Source of the DNA: Thermoplasmatota archaeon
Lineage (GTDB): Archaea > Thermoplasmatota > Thermoplasmata > Halarchaeoplasmatales > Halarchaeoplasmataceae
DNA: 64,000 nt
Direction: 5' to 3'
Assembly: GCA_018334835.1 (NCBI GenBank)
Contig: JAGXLF010000002.1
Location: 19,585 to 83,584 of the forward strand
Both the position numbers and the translations under genes were made by a program. The notes under the pieces were generated by a model. It was not told the DNA's origin and searched no databases. It saw nothing but the letters and a program-made list of their open reading frames with translations. Shown here piece after piece: positions 58,387 to 64,000 of the stretch (position 1 is the first letter of the stretch; the number at the start of each line of letters is the position of its first letter).

Positions 58387-61179
58387 GTGAAAGGTAAATT
58401 GGGCGCTTTTGATCTTTTATCGGATGATATAAGGGCTGTATTATCAGAAGTCGGTATCGAAGAGGAGACTAGACCTCAGGAGGATGCTATTCCTCCAATA
58501 TTGGACGGCAAAAATACATTGGTGATTGCCCCAACCGGTATAGGTAAAACCGAAGCCGCTTTCCTTCCAATTTTGGACAAAATTCTGTCTGAAGATAGAG
58601 AGGGTTTTTCACTCCTTTACATAACGCCGCTTAAAGCCTTGAACCGTGATATGATAAGGAGGATTCAAGAGTTCTCGGATAGATTGGATTTCAGGGTAGG
58701 AGTTAGACACGGTGATACAAGCCGCAAAGAGAGAAGAAAACAGGCGGAGAACCCACCAGAAGTATTGATAACAACCCCTGAAACTCTTCAGATTATGTTC
58801 ACAGGCCACAAATTGAGAAAGGGACTCAAGAATGTCAGGCACGTTGTTGTAGATGAACTGAACGAATTAGCAGAAGATGAAAGAGGTAGTCAATTGTCTC
58901 TAGCTTTGGAGCGTTTAGCCGAACTCTGTGGTAATGACTTTCAAAGAGTAGGACTTTCAGCGACCGTTGGATCCCCCGAAAAGGTTAAGGACTTTTTGGT
59001 CGGGATGGGCAGAGACGGGATCATAATAGAAACGACTGGTAAAAGAGAGTTGGACATAAAAGTAGAAAAACCTGTGCAAAGAGAAGATAAAGACAAAAAA
59101 CTTGCGGAGATGATGAGATGTGATATAGAAAAGGCATCTTCTCTTCGGCTGTGTAGAGAACTGATAGAGGATCACACTTCTACATTATTTTTTGTGAATA
59201 CTAGAGATACCGCTGAATCACTTTCTTCTTCCTATACACTCTGGAAAGAAGAAGATCCTGAGATCACCGATTTTCCTATCGGAGTTCACCATGGATCGCT
59301 CTCTAAAGACGCGAGGATAGAGATGGAAGAGCGATTCAAAAAGGGCGAATTGAAAGGACTGATCTGCACCTCCTCGATGGAGTTAGGTATAGACGTCGGT
59401 AAAACTGACCTAGTCTTGCAGTATCAGTCACCTCGACAAGTGACGCGATTGATACAAAGAGTGGGAAGATCTGGTCATAAGATAAATGAGATCTCTAAGG
59501 GCAGGATAATCTCTACAACAAAAGACGACATACTCGAAGGGGTAGTGATATCTAAAAGAGGGAAGATAAGAAATCTTGAAAAAACAGACATTCCTGAACA
59601 GCCATTGAGTGTTCTAGCGAATCAATTGATAAGTACCGTTCATACCGAAAAAGAGATAGAACCTGATAAATTTTTCAAATTAGCTAAAAGGTCGTATCCT
59701 TTCAAATTGTTAGAAAAAGAAAGTTTTGATGATTTGATAGAACAACTAGCTGAGATCAGAGTTATATGGAAAGAAGGCGACAAGATAGGAAAACGAAGAG
59801 CTTCTCTAAATTACTTTTACAATAATATCTCCATGATACCCGATGAAAAGACTTACCTACTTCGGAACTTCTCGAGCGATTCTGTTATAGGCACTCTCGA
59901 CGAAAGTTTTGTAGCTAGCAATATTCAGGAGGGGGAAGTCATAACGCTTCAGGGGAAAGCATGGAGGGTAGTAGATATGAAGGAAGAAGAGGTGCTAGTC
60001 GACAAAGTCGGAAATATTGGGAAAATCCCGGATTGGACAGGTGAAGATATACCCGTGCCTTTCGAAGTGGCTCAAGAAGTAGGGAGATTAAGAAGGAATG
60101 ACACAAACATTCAATTAAATGAATATCCAATCAGTGAATCTGCCAAAGAAGCCTATGAAGAATACTTGGAAAGTCAACAAGACCATGAGATACCAACAGA
60201 TTCCAAGATAGTCATCGAGGTGGAAAAAGAAACTGCTGTAGTCAATGCGTGTTTTGGTACCTTGGTTAATGAGACTTTAGGTCATGTCTTCGCATCTCTT
60301 TTGTCTGCAAGACTAGGAGAAAGTGTAGGTCTCCAAACCGACCCTTACAGGATAATGATGAATCTCCCGAGAAGAATCGATACCTCGATGATAAAGGATA
60401 TATTATTCGAAACTCGAGCTGAAAGCCTTGAAGAGTTGATGGAAAAGAGCCTTCGAAGCTCTAACTTTTTTAATTGGAAATTTCTACATGTTGGAAAGAA
60501 ATTTGGGGCTATCGAAAAAGATGCAGATTGGCGTAAGATAAATATGGACAAGATTATAGATACTTTCGAAGATACTATACTTTATAGAGAAGCTGTCAAA
60601 AAGACCTTCCGTGACAATATGGATATCGATCAGACAAAAAACATCTTGAAAGAGATAGATGAGGGAGAAATAGATGTAGTTATATCTGAAAAAGGCATAT
60701 CTCCGATAGGAAAAGCTGGTTTAGAAAAACATGAGGAATTTTTAAGCCCTGACAGGGTCAGCAAAGCGGTATTAGATTCTTTAAAAGAACGGTTAGAGTC
60801 TGAAAAGGTCATAATGAAATGTCTTAGGTGTGGGAACAGGAGAAGAAAGCGCGTGAGGGATGTTAAAAAACCTAGTTGTCCACAATGCGGTTCATCGATG
60901 GTAGCACCATTGAGACCTTACGATGACGAAACTCTTGTAGATAAAGAGAATGATGAGTTGACAAAGGATGAGAAAAAAGAACTGAAGAAGTATTATAAAT
61001 TAGCTGAATTGGCTAGGGTGCATAAAAAAAGAGCTGTGATGGCCTTATCTGCTAGAGGCATAGGTCATCAAAAGGCTGGTAGAATACTTTCTAAAAGACA
61101 TTTAGAGGAGGAAAATTTTTTGAGAGATGTACTCGAAGGGGAAATAGAATATGCTAGAACGAAAAGATTTTGGGATTGA
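58387..61179 (+). CDS. lhr: Lhr-family SF2 helicase with C-terminal zinc finger
   Basis: 'APTGIGKT', 'ITPLKALNRD', 'GLSAT', 'HHGSLS', 'QRVGRSGH', CxxC..CxxC. Confidence 0.9.
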   Translation: MKGKLGAFDLLSDDIRAVLSEVGIEEETRPQEDAIPPILDGKNTLVIAPTGIGKTEAAFLPILDKILSEDREGFSLLYITPLKALNRDMIRRIQEFSDRLDFRVGVRHGDTSRKERRKQAENPPEVLITTPETLQIMFTGHKLRKGLKNVRHVVVDELNELAEDERGSQLSLALERLAELCGNDFQRVGLSATVGSPEKVKDFLVGMGRDGIIIETTGKRELDIKVEKPVQREDKDKKLAEMMRCDIEKASSLRLCRELIEDHTSTLFFVNTRDTAESLSSSYTLWKEEDPEITDFPIGVHHGSLSKDARIEMEERFKKGELKGLICTSSMELGIDVGKTDLVLQYQSPRQVTRLIQRVGRSGHKINEISKGRIISTTKDDILEGVVISKRGKIRNLEKTDIPEQPLSVLANQLISTVHTEKEIEPDKFFKLAKRSYPFKLLEKESFDDLIEQLAEIRVIWKEGDKIGKRRASLNYFYNNISMIPDEKTYLLRNFSSDSVIGTLDESFVASNIQEGEVITLQGKAWRVVDMKEEEVLVDKVGNIGKIPDWTGEDIPVPFEVAQEVGRLRRNDTNIQLNEYPISESAKEAYEEYLESQQDHEIPTDSKIVIEVEKETAVVNACFGTLVNETLGHVFASLLSARLGESVGLQTDPYRIMMNLPRRIDTSMIKDILFETRAESLEELMEKSLRSSNFFNWKFLHVGKKFGAIEKDADWRKINMDKIIDTFEDTILYREAVKKTFRDNMDIDQTKNILKEIDEGEIDVVISEKGISPIGKAGLEKHEEFLSPDRVSKAVLDSLKERLESEKVIMKCLRCGNRRRKRVRDVKKPSCPQCGSSMVAPLRPYDDETLVDKENDELTKDEKKELKKYYKLAELARVHKKRAVMALSARGIGHQKAGRILSKRHLEEENFLRDVLEGEIEYARTKRFWD

Positions 61180-61292
61180 ACTTTTTATATTTTGTATATT
61201 TCGCAAAAAGTTATTAATGAGTTGATACGTAAGAAAATATAATCAAATTATAAATATCATTTAGAAACAAAAAATTGTAATGAGGAAAATTT

Positions 61293-63752
61293 ATGCAAAA
61301 TGAAGAAAACCCCTCTCAGGAACAAAATATCAAAGATTTAAAACGCATCCCTTCTATCGGAAATCTGACTGTTCAAGTTCTTATAGATGCGGGTTTTGAT
61401 TCAGTTTCTAAATTGAAGAAGGCTGATCTCGATGATCTCGCATCTATTGATCATATCGGAGAAAATCTTGCAAGAAATATCCTCAAAGAGGTTCGAAAGG
61501 GGTCTTTGAGTGATCATGAAAAAAAGGAAACTCGCACTCTTGAATTTAGATGCCCTGTTTGTGATAGATTTACCTTAGCCGAAGAGGATAAATGTCGGGA
61601 ATGCAAAGAACCCATCGAGTTAATTTCTGGCGTTATTCTACCGGATCGAGGGATGATCGAAGATCCAAAAAAGACGTTGGCTAAAGTAGAAGAAAATATT
61701 TTGAAAGATGGAGGTGATGCCGAAAGCTGGTTCATAAGAGGATCGATACTGGAGAGTATAGGGGCAAACCGGAAGGCTCTAGAATCTTTTGATAGAGTCA
61801 TAGAGTTGGACCCTCTTTTCGATTATGTTTGGAATGCTAAAGCTAATGTCTCTTTAAAAATCGGCGACACTGAAGAAGCTGCTAAAGCCTACATACTCGC
61901 CTTCGATGCACACAAGGCCCCAAAAGATATCACCTTGGAAATAGAAGAAGAGAAAACTTCTAGAGAAATAACAGAATTGAAAGAAAAGGATGAAGTTGAT
62001 GAAGAATTAGATGATAAAATCTCCAAAGCTCGAGAACTCCTTGAAAAATTAGATGAAGAAGAGAAAGATATTTCAGAGATAACCGCTGACCTAGATGTCG
62101 TAATAGAGGAGAAGATAGAGGGAAATAAAACGAAGGCATTGGAGATGGTGGATGACATAATAAAAAAATGTCAAAGGTTATCCGATACAGGAAGGAATAA
62201 ATTTGAAAAAGATTTGGAGGACATCGAAGAAATCATCGATAAAGGGGAAGAAAAGGGTTTCGACTTAGAAATGGTAAAGAAAGACTTTGATGAACTAAAA
62301 AAGAGATTTGAGAGCGAAGATAAAGTTCAGGAAGAAATGACCGATCGGTTAGAAGAAATCAAACAGAAAGGAGAAAATATATTGTCTTTAAGATCTAATA
62401 TCTCTAAGATCGAGGATCTGCTCAGTAAAAATAAAGAATATCTGAGCACGAGCGAATACGAAGAGGGAATAGAAGAGATAGAAGATCTATTCAAGGAGGG
62501 AAACTCTGAGAAAGCAATAGAACGTTCTAGAAAATTGAAGAAGGATGTCGAAACAGAAATAAAAAAAGCTGGAGATAAAGAGAAGCTCGAAAGTAAAGCT
62601 GAAACGAACCTTGCTAAAGCTAGAAAAAAACTCTCGGAGTTGAGGGAAACGAATTTCGATATCAACAAGTTGAAGAAACTTTTGAAGAATTCCAATGAGG
62701 CTAGAAAGGAAGATGATCTAGAAAAGAGTATCACTTTGACAGAAAAGTTCATCGACTCGGCAGATAAAATGATCGAATTGTCTGAGATCATCGAAAAAGT
62801 CGAAAAGAAGATCGAAGTATTGGATGAAAAAAACCTTGTAGATAAAGACCGCCTTACTTATGAAATCGATCAGTACAAAAAATTAACAAAAGTCGAAAAG
62901 TACGAGTTAGCTGAGGAGTTTCTTTCCGAGACATTTGAAGAAATAGAAGAGGCTCTTGAAGAAGAAAACATGATCCCGCCTAAAGAATATGAAATGCATG
63001 ACTCAGCCGCCCAGATACCTACCCAAATAAAAGAAAAAGTAAGAAATGTAAAAGAACTTAACAACCTTGTAGAAAGAGCTGAGATCGAGATAGAAGTCAA
63101 TAGAAAACCATTAAAAAAGGCTATAATCATGATAAAAGATCTAAAGTACGAGAAAGCAGACCAGATACTTACGGATTGGAAGAAAAATTTGATCGATATA
63201 TTGAACTACGAAATAAATGATAGATTGGAGACCTTGCAAAGAAAATTAGATGATTTAGATCTAACATCTGCTCAGCGTAGAGGAAAAGCTATATTGGAAA
63301 ATATTGAAAGAAAATGGAACCTTAGAGCGTATGAAGAAGCCCTTGACGAACTTATCTATGCTTCAAATTTTATCAATGAATTTCACGAGAAGAATACAAA
63401 GATGGATAAACAGATCTATCTGTTTACACAGTTGATTGAAGATTTTCAGGGACTTGGGGATAAAACGGAAGAGTTTGAAGAGCTATTGAGTACCGCAAGA
63501 GAAAATAAAGAAAATGAAGAAGTGTTCAAAGAAACTTTAGAAGAGATGAAAGAAAGACTGAGAGGAAATCTGACAGATATTATAAATAAAGAGCTAAAAG
63601 AGCTTGAAGATAGATTACAAAGACTTGATAGAAAAAAAGTAGTTATGGCCATCAGTAATCTGATAGAAGGAAAATCGAGTTTGGACGAGGGGAATACAGA
63701 AAAAGCATCTTGGTATATGAGAGAATATAAAGATATTTTAGAAAAGGGCTGA
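61293..63752 (+). CDS. HhH, double zinc ribbon, TPR and long coiled-coil protein
   Basis: 'IPSIG...AGFDSV...IDHIG', CPVC..CREC, two TPRs, then about 550 aa of charged helices. Confidence 0.65.
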   Translation: MQNEENPSQEQNIKDLKRIPSIGNLTVQVLIDAGFDSVSKLKKADLDDLASIDHIGENLARNILKEVRKGSLSDHEKKETRTLEFRCPVCDRFTLAEEDKCRECKEPIELISGVILPDRGMIEDPKKTLAKVEENILKDGGDAESWFIRGSILESIGANRKALESFDRVIELDPLFDYVWNAKANVSLKIGDTEEAAKAYILAFDAHKAPKDITLEIEEEKTSREITELKEKDEVDEELDDKISKARELLEKLDEEEKDISEITADLDVVIEEKIEGNKTKALEMVDDIIKKCQRLSDTGRNKFEKDLEDIEEIIDKGEEKGFDLEMVKKDFDELKKRFESEDKVQEEMTDRLEEIKQKGENILSLRSNISKIEDLLSKNKEYLSTSEYEEGIEEIEDLFKEGNSEKAIERSRKLKKDVETEIKKAGDKEKLESKAETNLAKARKKLSELRETNFDINKLKKLLKNSNEARKEDDLEKSITLTEKFIDSADKMIELSEIIEKVEKKIEVLDEKNLVDKDRLTYEIDQYKKLTKVEKYELAEEFLSETFEEIEEALEEENMIPPKEYEMHDSAAQIPTQIKEKVRNVKELNNLVERAEIEIEVNRKPLKKAIIMIKDLKYEKADQILTDWKKNLIDILNYEINDRLETLQRKLDDLDLTSAQRRGKAILENIERKWNLRAYEEALDELIYASNFINEFHEKNTKMDKQIYLFTQLIEDFQGLGDKTEEFEELLSTARENKENEEVFKETLEEMKERLRGNLTDIINKELKELEDRLQRLDRKKVVMAISNLIEGKSSLDEGNTEKASWYMREYKDILEKG

Positions 63753-63759
63753 TTGGAGA

Positions 63760-64000
63760 GTGAAGGTCAAAAGAGAGCTAGATATAGAAGTTCATGAAGG
63801 TGTATATGAGCCTTCAGACGATACGTATTTGTTATTGGATATAATCCAACTAGAAGGACAGAAGGAAATTCTAGAGATCGGTTGTGGTTCCGGGATAATT
63901 TCTCTTCACTGTAGTGCCCAAGGTTGTAATGTACTCTCAGTAGATAGAGACGAAAAAGCTCTCAAAAACACTAAAATAAATGCTAAGAAAAACAACTTAG
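63760..64000 (+). CDS. HemK2/PrmC-like methyltransferase (partial, runs off the window)
   Basis: Read by hand from GTG 63760: 'VYEPSDDTYLL...ILEIGCGSG'. Confidence 0.85.
   Translation, partial: MKVKRELDIEVHEGVYEPSDDTYLLLDIIQLEGQKEILEIGCGSGIISLHCSAQGCNVLSVDRDEKALKNTKINAKKNNL

Noticed and set aside
541-63652. Numerous Ser/Phe-rich antisense ORFs in the six-frame track (e.g. 7345-7614, 29710-30102, 56247-56825, 62327-62791)
   Set aside because: Shadows of Glu/Lys-rich sense genes with no independent motifs
1-64000. CRISPR array or cas genes
   Set aside because: No regularly spaced direct repeats were seen; the only Cas12-related gene is TnpB inside IS ends

Overview
Gene-dense archaeal chromosomal segment, most consistent with a halophilic or haloalkaliphilic Thermoplasmatota. 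Evidence: membrane LonB, Hef helicase lacking the nuclease domain, initiator tRNA with an A1-U72 pair, an intron-containing tRNA-Val, Por/Ior oxidoreductases and strongly acidic exported proteins. It is mostly housekeeping: mutS-mutL-hef, por/ior, glmM plus NDP-sugar synthase, tldD-pmbA-queE, wecB, lonB-lhr and a partial hemK2. Accessory content worth a second look: (i) three dispersed STAND-NTPase/TPR (NLR-like) paralogs, two with no N-terminal effector and one with a wHTH; (ii) an intact tnpA-less IS200/IS605 element with a catalytically intact 364-aa TnpB whose ends, TAM and guide can be read from the sequence; (iii) a 10-repeat acidic secreted protein carrying both Ca-loop and Lys/Glu/Asn isopeptide-type signatures; (iv) a membrane-anchored protein built of macroglobulin-like (MG) repeats with no thioester; (v) an AT-rich sulfotransferase/glycosyltransferase/TauE block next to tRNA-Val; (vi) a PhaE-like helical protein; (vii) an atypical Sm-like protein. 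No CRISPR array or rRNA was seen. All calls are by motif recognition; no database searches were run.
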